Origin: a virus
Taxonomy: Duplodnaviria; Caudoviricetes
Virus record (IMG/VR): IMGVR_UViG_3300025773_000002
Location: 1-54,071 of that record
Strand: one strand, 5' to 3'
DNA: 54,071 nt
Below the pieces are notes generated by a model. The model ran no database searches. It had not been told where the DNA came from and saw only the letters and a program-made list of their open reading frames with translations. This document shows, piece after piece, positions 17,078 to 24,663 of the stretch. Positions within the stretch are counted from its first letter, which is position 1; every line of letters starts with the position of its first letter. The position numbers were made by a program, and so were the translations under genes.

Positions 17078-17632
17078 CTAGGGTGTAGCGTCCACTATCT
17101 CCGCGTCGATTACCGGCGAGACCGGCAACGCCGGCGAAGGAACCGGCAGTGCCGGTGATGACGGGCTGAAGAACTGAACAAGGAAAGAAAACGGGTTGAC
17201 TTGATCGGCTCCCACCTTGTCACTCCAATTATCACCTGCCATATTATTATCGGTTCGTATTGCTTCAATCTTTGACACTAACTTAACTTTCCTTTTAACA
17301 TTGCCATGCTGATCGACTTCCTCCGCATATTCTTGGCATAGTGGAGAATCTGCGTTGACCTGGGAGGGACTATATCGAACTACGTTGGCGAGGAAAGCAC
17401 GTTTTTCCTCTAGGGAGAGAGAATCTTTAAGGAATGCTTTCCTTTTCAGCTTGGTAACATAGTCTGCGACTCGTTCAGTCTTCAGCATTCTGCACCCTAG
17501 AGATCCATAGTCTTCAGATCGACCGCTTTTTACCTGGTAGCCAGCCCGTCGAACACTTTCGGCGATGCTCATTCCCTTGGTGACATGATTCTCAACGAAT
17601 CTCTTTTGTTTAGTTGTTAATGTTTTGTACAT
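17078..17632 (-). CDS. terS: Terminase small subunit
   Basis: N-terminal LTTKQKRFV..ESVRRAGY HTH typical of TerS, followed by helical oligomerisation region. Confidence 0.75.
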   Translation of the reverse strand: MYKTLTTKQKRFVENHVTKGMSIAESVRRAGYQVKSGRSEDYGSLGCRMLKTERVADYVTKLKRKAFLKDSLSLEEKRAFLANVVRYSPSQVNADSPLCQEYAEEVDQHGNVKRKVKLVSKIEAIRTDNNMAGDNWSDKVGADQVNPFSFLVQFFSPSSPALPVPSPALPVSPVIDAEIVDATP

Positions 17633-17813
17633 GATTTACTATGCATATAACACGAGGATTCTTCCCTAGTCAACTTATCTCCATTGAACCGATGCTCGCC
17701 TACGGCTCCGCTCTATCATCTTGTGATGCGGTGGATTTGAAATGATGCGTGAAATAGAGATGATGGATACATACTGAATTTATTATGTATCGGTCATACG
17801 ATAGGATGACCAC

Positions 17814-18031
17814 AAAAAGAGCCTGTCTCTGAAAGACTCATCTTCACCACGGATTTGGAACGACCTATGAACCCTAGTCTTATTAGGTAGACTATGAAGA
17901 GAGGATCACAATCGCAGCGTGATCTCATTATTAAAGCGGGACGGCTAGTACCCCGCTTCCAACCTTCGCACGTGGGCCGACATTCTCGATTCCCAGGTGT
18001 TACACCATCAAGTGATCTTGTCACCTGATGT
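17814..18031 (-). ncRNA. Candidate structured ncRNA C / terS leader (about 218 nt)
   Basis: Promoter TTGCAA-16-TATATT (18063-18036), multibranch stems, terminator-like hairpin with U5. Confidence 0.55.
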
Positions 18032-18103
18032 TCTAAATATATATGAAGAATTGAAGATTGCAACAGAGAATGAAAAAAAGATCATCTTTCCCATAAAAAT
18101 ATC

Positions 18104-18131
18104 TTGCAAGATTCTTTTAGTGTGCTATCTT
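18104..18131 (+). promoter_or_regulatory. Early promoter, probably giving a leaderless mRNA
   Basis: TTGCAA-16-TATCTT with extended -10 TG; ATG 7 nt downstream; -35 lies within the palindrome ATCTTGCAAGAT. Confidence 0.55.
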
Positions 18132-18137
18132 TGTCTC

Positions 18138-18437
18138 ATGACTGAATCACTCACCCCTTCCACAACTAGTATTCATGCGGCTTCCCAGTCTGTTGCCTTG
18201 AATCGCAATTCTATTTTCTGGATGATCATGAAGCGTGAAGATGGAACACTTTTTCCGAGGGAATTCAAGTTCCGTAAATTCAATAGGAAGGCAAATACCT
18301 GCGAGTGGTCACGTTTCGGCACGAGCATTCAAGATGCTCCCATGAAGTCATCGATTGACTATGTGGAGCGTAAATCTTTTCAGAATGTGCATGAAGCACA
18401 TAAAGCAATTTCCCTGCGCTCCATGCGTAGGGATTAA
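18138..18437 (+). CDS. Hypothetical early protein
   Basis: ATG at the predicted +1. Confidence 0.6.
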   Translation: MTESLTPSTTSIHAASQSVALNRNSIFWMIMKREDGTLFPREFKFRKFNRKANTCEWSRFGTSIQDAPMKSSIDYVERKSFQNVHEAHKAISLRSMRRD

Positions 18438-18455
18438 CCAAACACCAACAACAAC

Positions 18456-18620
18456 ATGAAAAAACACGACCCTAAAAATTGCCCTGCATGCAAAAAGCCA
18501 TCAATGCTCTTTATAATCCGAGAAAAAGGGAAAGAGGAGCGAATCAACACAGCTTGCCCTGCATGTTCAATGGCTCACGATGACGCAAAAGGATGGATTT
18601 TTTATCCTTTCCTCAAATAA
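18456..18620 (+). CDS. Small zinc-ribbon protein (54 aa, not in ORF track)
   Basis: Two CPAC motifs, AC-rich leader. Confidence 0.6.
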   Translation: MKKHDPKNCPACKKPSMLFIIREKGKEERINTACPACSMAHDDAKGWIFYPFLK

Positions 18621-18636
18621 CTGACAAAAAAACAAA

Positions 18637-18948
18637 ATGACAACACCAACAAAGACAAAGAAAGTAGGCGACCTGGTCACCGACACTTACCAGGTAGCAA
18701 CCAGGCTCGGCAAATATGAAATCGACCTTTATCACAAGGAGGGAAAGCTTCCCCACGGCTACGAGATGACGAAGGATGGCGAAAGCGAATTCTTTGCGAC
18801 TGGAGAGCTTGAAATGGTAGAGGAGGCAGGGCAAGAGATCATAGAAGGTTATGATGGAACTTACACCTTGCCGCTTCCCTTGGCGAAGCTCCTAGCCTCC
18901 CTGGGCTACGCTTTCGCCGCTTACGTTTTCCCCTATGACAACCTGTAA
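18637..18948 (+). CDS. Hypothetical early protein
   Basis: ORF in the early cluster. Confidence 0.65.
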   Translation: MTTPTKTKKVGDLVTDTYQVATRLGKYEIDLYHKEGKLPHGYEMTKDGESEFFATGELEMVEEAGQEIIEGYDGTYTLPLPLAKLLASLGYAFAAYVFPYDNL

Positions 18949-18967
18949 CCCCTCACCTGGTAACAAC

Positions 18968-19102
18968 ATGAAAAAATCCGATGCAATCACCGCTTGGAAT
19001 CGTTCCAAGCAACTCCACGCCCTAACCCTACGCCTTTCAATCCTAGCGGCATTAGCGGCCATCCTAGCCGCAAGAATCGCTTACCTAGTAACCAACAACT
19101 AA
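18968..19102 (+). CDS. Small membrane protein (44 aa, not in ORF track)
   Basis: Single hydrophobic helix LSILAALAAILAARIAYLV. Confidence 0.5.
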   Translation: MKKSDAITAWNRSKQLHALTLRLSILAALAAILAARIAYLVTNN

Positions 19103-19130
19103 ACACCACCCAACCCAACCAACTAAAAAC

Positions 19131-19424
19131 ATGAACACGAAAACAGAATCAGAACACCTCATCGCTGTAGTGGTACGCTACAAAGGCCCAACGGATTGCA
19201 GGGGATCGAGAACAATCCTTTCCCTCCCACGGTTTGGCAATCAGAAAGTAACACTGTCATATGGTTATGAATTTAATTCATCCAGGGAACAGGCTGAAGA
19301 ATGGTTAACAAGCGAAGGAATGACAGGAATCACGGTGACAGCTTGTCTTGATATGGTAGATCACTGGATTCTCGGCGTTCCCTTTTCATGTGTCGATGCT
19401 TTGAAAGGAGCTTTCAATATCTAA
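19131..19424 (+). CDS. Hypothetical early protein
   Basis: YKGPTDCRGSR motif of a common phage early-protein family. Confidence 0.7.
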   Translation: MNTKTESEHLIAVVVRYKGPTDCRGSRTILSLPRFGNQKVTLSYGYEFNSSREQAEEWLTSEGMTGITVTACLDMVDHWILGVPFSCVDALKGAFNI

Positions 19425-19444
19425 CCACTAAAGGAGAAAACATC

Positions 19445-19636
19445 ATGACAACCGTTCTTTTATTCAAAAAAGACACTTCTCGAAGTTTTATGTCCCTGCC
19501 CTGGTGGGTTTCAACATATAAAGGCGATACTATCGCATCAAAGGGATTCCCCACTGCAAAAGAGGCGAGAGCATACGCTAAATCTAAAGGATGGTCTGTT
19601 CACCGTTCGCCTGGCTGCGACGAATATTTTTCTTAA
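19445..19636 (+). CDS. Hypothetical early protein
   Basis: AAAGGAG ribosome-binding site; FPTAKEARAYAKSKGW motif. Confidence 0.65.
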   Translation: MTTVLLFKKDTSRSFMSLPWWVSTYKGDTIASKGFPTAKEARAYAKSKGWSVHRSPGCDEYFS

Positions 19637-19664
19637 TAATTAAAGCAGACGTAAAGGAGAAAAC

Positions 19665-20345
19665 ATGACAACTTATAACTTCCATTTCACCGCTAAATCC
19701 GACAACGTAAAAACGGGAGACATGCCCGTCACAACGTCAACAGCGGCAACCTGCCCCGACAAATGCCCCTTGAAAAAAGGGGGATGTTACGCAAAAAACT
19801 CTTTTCTCGGGATGCACTGGAAAAAAGTCACGGACGGCAGTAGGGGGGAAAGCTTTACCTCTTTCCTTAAAAAAATAAGATCAATTCTTCCTGGCACCTT
19901 GTGGAGACACGGACAAGCCGGAGACCTACCAGGCAAGGGCGACCGCATAAACGCCCGTGACTTATTACGCCTCGCAAAGGCCGCACGGGGAACGAGAGGC
20001 TTCACGTACACCCACAAGCCGCCGACCGCTGACAATCTAAAAGCTATCCGAGCCGCTACCCGTGAAGGTTTCGTGATTAACCTTTCTGGAAATAACCTCA
20101 AACACGCTGACCGCTTGTCCAGGCACGGGTTGCCAGTTGTGGCAGTCCTTCCCTCCGAATCCGTAAAGGTTAAGAATCTGACTACGCCCCAAGGACGGCC
20201 CGTAGTGGTTTGCCCTGCTACCAGGAGCGAATACATCACCTGCAAAACGTGCGGACTCTGTTCCAAGGCTGACCGCCCCTTTATTATTGGATTTCCAGCT
20301 CACGGGACAATGTCAGCAAAAGCCGATGCAATCGCCAACAACTAA
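19665..20345 (+). CDS. Gp88-like Cys-rich radical-SAM-related protein
   Basis: NVKTG, CPDKCP..GCYA, RHGQAGD, FTYTH, CPA..CKTCGLC..FPAHG. Confidence 0.7.
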   Translation: MTTYNFHFTAKSDNVKTGDMPVTTSTAATCPDKCPLKKGGCYAKNSFLGMHWKKVTDGSRGESFTSFLKKIRSILPGTLWRHGQAGDLPGKGDRINARDLLRLAKAARGTRGFTYTHKPPTADNLKAIRAATREGFVINLSGNNLKHADRLSRHGLPVVAVLPSESVKVKNLTTPQGRPVVVCPATRSEYITCKTCGLCSKADRPFIIGFPAHGTMSAKADAIANN

Positions 20346-20371
20346 CCCCCAACCCCAACACAACCCAACCT

Positions 20372-20572
20372 ATGAAACTACACCCTAGCATAACTGAAGA
20401 CAGAATCATCCAGGCAATCGAAACCGACGATATGGAGGGAATATGTACCGCTTGCGGTGAATCTTCCTCTTCACCTTGTGAACCCGATGCCAGGAACTAC
20501 GAATGCGACTCGTGCGGAGCTTTCAAGGTTTATGGAGCCTCCGAGCTTCTTTTCCATCTCCCTTTAATCTAA
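20372..20572 (+). CDS. Zinc-ribbon protein
   Basis: CTACG..EPDARNYECDSCG. Confidence 0.7.
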   Translation: MKLHPSITEDRIIQAIETDDMEGICTACGESSSSPCEPDARNYECDSCGAFKVYGASELLFHLPLI

Positions 20573-20593
20573 CCCCAACCCCAACCTAAAAAC

Positions 20594-20791
20594 ATGAACA
20601 TAAAAACAGCAGTCGATATTCTTTACGGAAACGCCGTAGAGTCAACAACCCTCACCTTCACGCCTAACTTGGAGAAATTGCAACCCGTACGAGCTAGGAG
20701 CATCCAGGATAGCCTAGAAAGCATCATTGCAACGTGTGAAGCATTAAATCGAGAGATTGAGGACATCAAGTACGCCTTGGAGAACGAATAA
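20594..20791 (+). CDS. Hypothetical early protein
   Basis: ORF with repeated leader. Confidence 0.6.
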   Translation: MNIKTAVDILYGNAVESTTLTFTPNLEKLQPVRARSIQDSLESIIATCEALNREIEDIKYALENE

Positions 20792-20803
20792 CCGCCGCCG
20801 ATT

Positions 20804-20986
20804 ATGAAAAAACCCGAACAATTCCAACTTATACCAGAAAAAGAGATGCCTTTTAACTTGGCAGGGCAAACTTACAAAGAATGGGCAAAATCTCTGCCCG
20901 ATGAACCCGAAGATGGCCCAGAACCGCAAGGAAACTTGACCTGGATCACCGCCGCCGACCTCTGCATGAACTACTCTAACGAATAA
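20804..20986 (+). CDS. Hypothetical early protein
   Basis: Shares the EKEMPFxLxGxT peptide with the 2496-aa protein. Confidence 0.6.
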   Translation: MKKPEQFQLIPEKEMPFNLAGQTYKEWAKSLPDEPEDGPEPQGNLTWITAADLCMNYSNE

Positions 20987-21019
20987 AACCACTAACTAAC
21001 TGAAACAAAAGGAGAAAAT

Positions 21020-21172
21020 ATGAACCCAACACCCTATCAGATAATATTAACCGCCGCCTTTCTAGGTTATCATGTAACCGAATACCAGGCGGTCGAGATC
21101 GCCGCCCTATGGAGAAAATCATGGGACAGCATGGAGAATGCCATAAGAGATTACTTTGCCGCCTACGAATAA
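21020..21172 (+). CDS. Hypothetical protein (50 aa, not in ORF track)
   Basis: AAAGGAG ribosome-binding site. Confidence 0.55.
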   Translation: MNPTPYQIILTAAFLGYHVTEYQAVEIAALWRKSWDSMENAIRDYFAAYE

Positions 21173-21202
21173 CCGCCGCCGCAACCCTTAACTGATACGA
21201 AT

Positions 21203-21370
21203 ATGAAAATAAAAAACGCCACCGCCGAGTTGCTTTCCATTATTTGGGAAGCCGTAGATTGCCTTAATGAAGCAGGAAGGCATGAAGATGCCCAATGGAT
21301 CACCAAACAAACTATTAACCTATGCCATCAGATAAGAAATCAATCAACCGCCGAATCAACCCCTAACTGA
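21203..21370 (+). CDS. Hypothetical protein (55 aa, not in ORF track)
   Basis: Follows the repeated TAACTGATAC leader. Confidence 0.5.
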   Translation: MKIKNATAELLSIIWEAVDCLNEAGRHEDAQWITKQTINLCHQIRNQSTAESTPN

Positions 21371-21377
21371 TACAATC

Positions 21378-21632
21378 ATGAACGAAAAAACCGCCGCCGC
21401 ATTAACTGAAGCAAAAGCATTAGTATCCAGCATCGAACCATTGTTCGCCAACTTGATACGAACATCAAAACATCACCAACTTGACACCATCCAAATCAGC
21501 ACCACACGAGCAAAAGAAATACACGCAGACTTAATTATTCTTAAAAAAAGATTGCAAGATTTGCAAATAACTGAAACAAAAGCAGAGTCAACAATTGACA
21601 GGCATCTCGACGCAATGTTCGGGATTAACTGA
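21378..21632 (+). CDS. Hypothetical protein
   Basis: Follows the repeated TAACTGATAC leader. Confidence 0.6.
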   Translation: MNEKTAAALTEAKALVSSIEPLFANLIRTSKHHQLDTIQISTTRAKEIHADLIILKKRLQDLQITETKAESTIDRHLDAMFGIN

Positions 21633-21642
21633 AACGCAACCT

Positions 21643-21777
21643 ATGAATGAAGACGATTACAATTTGAATAAAGAATTGGACGAAATTGCCGACCAACTCC
21701 GAATTATTGAACTGGAAATAAAAATACTAAACAAACGACTCGACGATGAACAAACCAGAAACACCCAAAATGATTAA
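21643..21777 (+). CDS. Small coiled-coil protein
   Basis: Heptad pattern. Confidence 0.5.
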   Translation: MNEDDYNLNKELDEIADQLRIIELEIKILNKRLDDEQTRNTQND

Positions 21778-22057
21778 ATTCAATGGAGTTGAATGCACAC
21801 TGGCATTCAATGAATATGAAAATGGAAACACTGCAATCCTTCTTATGGAGGGAGGAACACGCTATGCAGTGGCTACCCTAAACGACCCAGAACTGGAGCT
21901 AGAAGCCGACCAAGTTCTGATTAAGGACTACAGCGAGAACGAGGGGATGGTGAAAGCATTGCAAGATGCTAAAATCGTTCAGCCTCTATATCCCCATCCC
22001 GTGGGAACTTTTGGAGCCAGCACCTGGGTATGCAAATTAAACACCATAGAACTATGA
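21746..22057 (+). CDS. Hypothetical protein (DUF4313-like)
   Basis: Y.NG.TAI.L..YAVATLN..IKDYSENEG motif. Confidence 0.6.
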   Translation: MNKPETPKMIKFNGVECTLAFNEYENGNTAILLMEGGTRYAVATLNDPELELEADQVLIKDYSENEGMVKALQDAKIVQPLYPHPVGTFGASTWVCKLNTIEL

Positions 22058-22290
22058 AAACCGATTACACCTGTAAAAACGAAGAATGCCAGCACGACTT
22101 TGAAGTCTCATATTCACCAGAATGTCCAGCATCAGGCCAATACGGTCCCGTTGAGTTATACGACCCTGGACAAGACGCTGAGGTTGATCCCTCCGAGTGT
22201 CCCAAATGTGGGGAGGAAGTAGAGATTGAGGATGTAGAATCCGATTGTATGCCAGACCCCGACGATTACATGGAGCCTGATTGGGAATAA
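22054..22290 (+). CDS. Acidic zinc-ribbon protein
   Basis: CKNEEC..CPKCG, very acidic. Confidence 0.6.
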   Translation: MKTDYTCKNEECQHDFEVSYSPECPASGQYGPVELYDPGQDAEVDPSECPKCGEEVEIEDVESDCMPDPDDYMEPDWE

Positions 22291-22461
22291 TATGAGAGCA
22301 AACGAATACCTGGGCGACCGCCCGAATCTTAACTGGTGCGTGTTCCTTTTATTTCTCTTCAAAGAGTATGATTGGAACTTGACTTCACCGAAATTTCGAT
22401 CAACATATTTTCCCTGCAAAAAAGTCTTGCAAGAGGCTAAAACATCTACAACACTATAAAA

Positions 22462-22683
22462 ATGACAACCACTGAAACACCTGACACATTCACCGCCGAG
22501 CCTATCATAACCGCCGCCGAGACATTCACCGCCGCACCCAGGACAAATGCATTCCTTGGTCTATACGTTCCGCTTGAACTGAAAGCAAAAATCCATGCCG
22601 CCGCAAAATCCGAGCGTCGATCAATGTCTTCATTTGCTGTTGGAGTTTTTGAGGAATACTTTAACGAACCAGTAACCCAATGA
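22462..22683 (+). CDS. Ribbon-helix-helix (Arc-like) regulator
   Basis: LGLYVPLELKAKIHAAAKSERRSMSSF. Confidence 0.75.
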   Translation: MTTTETPDTFTAEPIITAAETFTAAPRTNAFLGLYVPLELKAKIHAAAKSERRSMSSFAVGVFEEYFNEPVTQ

Positions 22684-22750
22684 GCAAGACCATCGCCGCA
22701 TTGATTCTTCTTTTCTTGCTAATCGCTCTTGCAGTATTAACAATGCCACG

Positions 22751-22897
22751 ATGAAAGAAGGACTTTACAAAAATATCCAAAAAAAGAGGGAACGCATTGC
22801 CGCTGGTTCTGGAGAAAAGATGAGGAAGCCAGGATCGAAGGGAGCACCTACTGCAAAAGCATTCCGAGACTCAAAGAAAACCGCTAAAAAGAAATAA
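22751..22897 (+). CDS. Small highly basic conserved phage protein (48 aa, not in ORF track)
   Basis: GLYKNIQKKRERIAAGSGEKMRKPGSKGAPTAKAF. Confidence 0.75.
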   Translation: MKEGLYKNIQKKRERIAAGSGEKMRKPGSKGAPTAKAFRDSKKTAKKK

Positions 22898-22901
22898 TAC
22901 T

Positions 22902-23168
22902 ATGGCTAAAACACCAGCATGGCAGAGAAAGGAAGGCAAATCGGAAAAGGGAGGATTGAATGCCAAGGGAAGGGAATCCTACAATAAAGCAACAGGAGGT
23001 CACCTCAAGCCTCCTGCACCTAATCCCAAGACCAAATCAGATGCAGGACGTAAAGCCTCATTTTGTGCGAGGATGAAGGGACTCAAGAGCAAACTCACAA
23101 GTTCCAAGACTGCTAAAGACCCCAACAGCCGAGTGAACAAGGCTTTAAGAGCATGGAGATGCCACTAA
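22902..23168 (+). CDS. DUF6321-like basic protein
   Basis: PAWQRKEGK..GGLNAKGR..RKASFCARM..DPNSR.NKALRAW.C. Confidence 0.75.
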   Translation: MAKTPAWQRKEGKSEKGGLNAKGRESYNKATGGHLKPPAPNPKTKSDAGRKASFCARMKGLKSKLTSSKTAKDPNSRVNKALRAWRCH

Positions 23169-23213
23169 TAACTTTCCTTTGGAAATTCATCCAAGGATTA
23201 ACCAACAACAACC

Positions 23214-23393
23214 ATGTCACACACACTAGCAGAACTAAACGAGCTCGCCCAAGGAATAGCCAACAAGCTCGGTCACATCAGTCAGGAGCTTCTTTTGGAG
23301 ATCGAAGCACTCATCAACAAGAAGGAGTGTTCTACCGCCCCTTGCCCCGACCAACAGCCTGTATCGGATGCTACCGAGACCCCTGCTGTTTAA
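23214..23393 (+). CDS. Hypothetical protein (59 aa, not in ORF track)
   Basis: AC-rich leader then MSHTLAELNEL; better candidate than the overlapping 23153 ORF. Confidence 0.55.
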   Translation: MSHTLAELNELAQGIANKLGHISQELLLEIEALINKKECSTAPCPDQQPVSDATETPAV

Positions 23394-23400
23394 CTAACCG

Positions 23401-23580
23401 ATGAAAGAACTCTTTGAACGGATGAAGGGAATGTTCAAGCCTATGCAGATTAAGGCACTCCCTAACGAGACTTTGATCAATACTCGCAAGCTGTCACCAG
23501 CAAAGCGTAAGTCGATCAAGACAGAGGCTACCAAGCCAGTAACAAAGGGTCGCAAGCCCACAACAAAAAGGAAAAAGTAA
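23401..23580 (+). CDS. Small Lys/Arg-rich protein (59 aa, not in ORF track)
   Basis: MKELFERMK...KGRKPTTKRKK. Confidence 0.55.
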   Translation: MKELFERMKGMFKPMQIKALPNETLINTRKLSPAKRKSIKTEATKPVTKGRKPTTKRKK

Positions 23581-23581
23581 G

Positions 23582-23689
23582 ATGCCAACGAAAAAAATGC
23601 CAAAGATGGAGAAGGCCAAGCCAGCAAGCAAGGCTACAAAGATGAAAGCCGCTTCATCCATGATGAACAAAGGCTACAAGAAGAAGTAA
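23582..23689 (+). CDS. Tiny Lys/Met-rich protein (35 aa, not in ORF track)
   Basis: MPTKKMPKMEKAKP...GYKKK. Confidence 0.5.
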   Translation: MPTKKMPKMEKAKPASKATKMKAASSMMNKGYKKK

Positions 23690-23703
23690 AAACCTTCCTG
23701 TTT

Positions 23704-23738
23704 GCTCCTAGAGGGACATGAACAAACCCTCTAGGAGC
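23704..23738. promoter_or_regulatory. Perfect 12-bp hairpin before the ERF gene
   Basis: GCTCCTAGAGGG/CCCTCTAGGAGC, no U-tract on the plus strand. Confidence 0.55.
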
Positions 23739-23769
23739 TACTAGCAGGAGCAACCACGCACCCAACAAT

Positions 23770-24441
23770 ATGAACATAAATACAACCACGCAAGAAAGTC
23801 AACTCAACGCTTCATTTGTCAAAGCACTTGGAGAACTCCGTAATGTAGCCAAGAATGCCGTCAATCCGCATTTCCGTAACCGCTACGCTTCACTAGATGC
23901 TATTCTGGACGATGTACGTCCAATCCTAGCTTCCCATAACCTTGGAATCTCCCAAGAACCCCTCTTTGAAGATGGGAAGGCAGGAGTCGTTACAAGGATT
24001 ATCCACGCATCAGGAGAGTCGAGGGAGTCAACTCTGTTACTTCCGATCAAAGATCAGACTGCCCAGGGGGTAGGATCGGCATTGACATACGCAAAGAGAT
24101 ATGCCATCTCATCCATCCTTGGAATCACCGCCGATGATGACGATGATGGTGAGCTTGCCAGCAAGCCAGCAGTCCAGAAGCCTATCATCAAGGCTGAACC
24201 ACCGAAAGCAAAGCCAGAGAAGGCTCCAGAGGATACCAAGGGTCTTCCTATCAATCCCCTTGAAATGCTCTCCAGCATGATGTGGAGTGATGACATCAAC
24301 GATGCTCATGTAATTGAGTTTCTTATTGCCAACAAAGCAATCAAGTCAAGGGACATCAAACTCAAGGATGTTCCAGAGAAGTTGATCGAACGTCTCATCG
24401 CCGCTTGGGACAAGGTTAAAGCATTCAAACCAGCACTCTAA
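23770..24441 (+). CDS. erf: ERF-family ssDNA annealing protein
   Basis: NPHF..RYASLD, QGVGSALTYAKRYAI..GI..DDDDG. Confidence 0.9.
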   Translation: MNINTTTQESQLNASFVKALGELRNVAKNAVNPHFRNRYASLDAILDDVRPILASHNLGISQEPLFEDGKAGVVTRIIHASGESRESTLLLPIKDQTAQGVGSALTYAKRYAISSILGITADDDDDGELASKPAVQKPIIKAEPPKAKPEKAPEDTKGLPINPLEMLSSMMWSDDINDAHVIEFLIANKAIKSRDIKLKDVPEKLIERLIAAWDKVKAFKPAL

Positions 24442-24662
24442 TGACAAATAATTCTACAAATATTACAGCCATGAAGGCATTTCCAGTTTCTTGGAATGAT
24501 GAACAAGATTTTCATGGTGGAATGAGCATCAGGCATTACTTTGCCGCAAAGGCAATGCAGTCATTAATATCTAATAAATCAGAATATCTTACTGATTTTG
24601 ATTACGATAGAGTTGCTCATGTGGCATATCGTTTCGCAGATTCAATGATGGAGTTATTGTAA
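24441..24662 (+). CDS. Hypothetical phage protein
   Basis: GMSIRHYFAAKAMQ..AY.FADSM family motif. Confidence 0.7.
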   Translation: MTNNSTNITAMKAFPVSWNDEQDFHGGMSIRHYFAAKAMQSLISNKSEYLTDFDYDRVAHVAYRFADSMMELL

Positions 24663-24663
24663 T

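Noticed and set aside
11984-18137. tRNA or tmRNA genes in the intergenic gaps
   Set aside because: No cloverleaf with a T-loop GTTCRA and acceptor stem found by eye; tRNAscan-SE/ARAGORN would confirm
22462-22545. Repeated GACACATTCACCGCCG-like sequence at the RHH gene start as an operator array
   Set aside because: In-frame short duplication (DTFTAE/ETFTAA), adequately explained as a coding repeat
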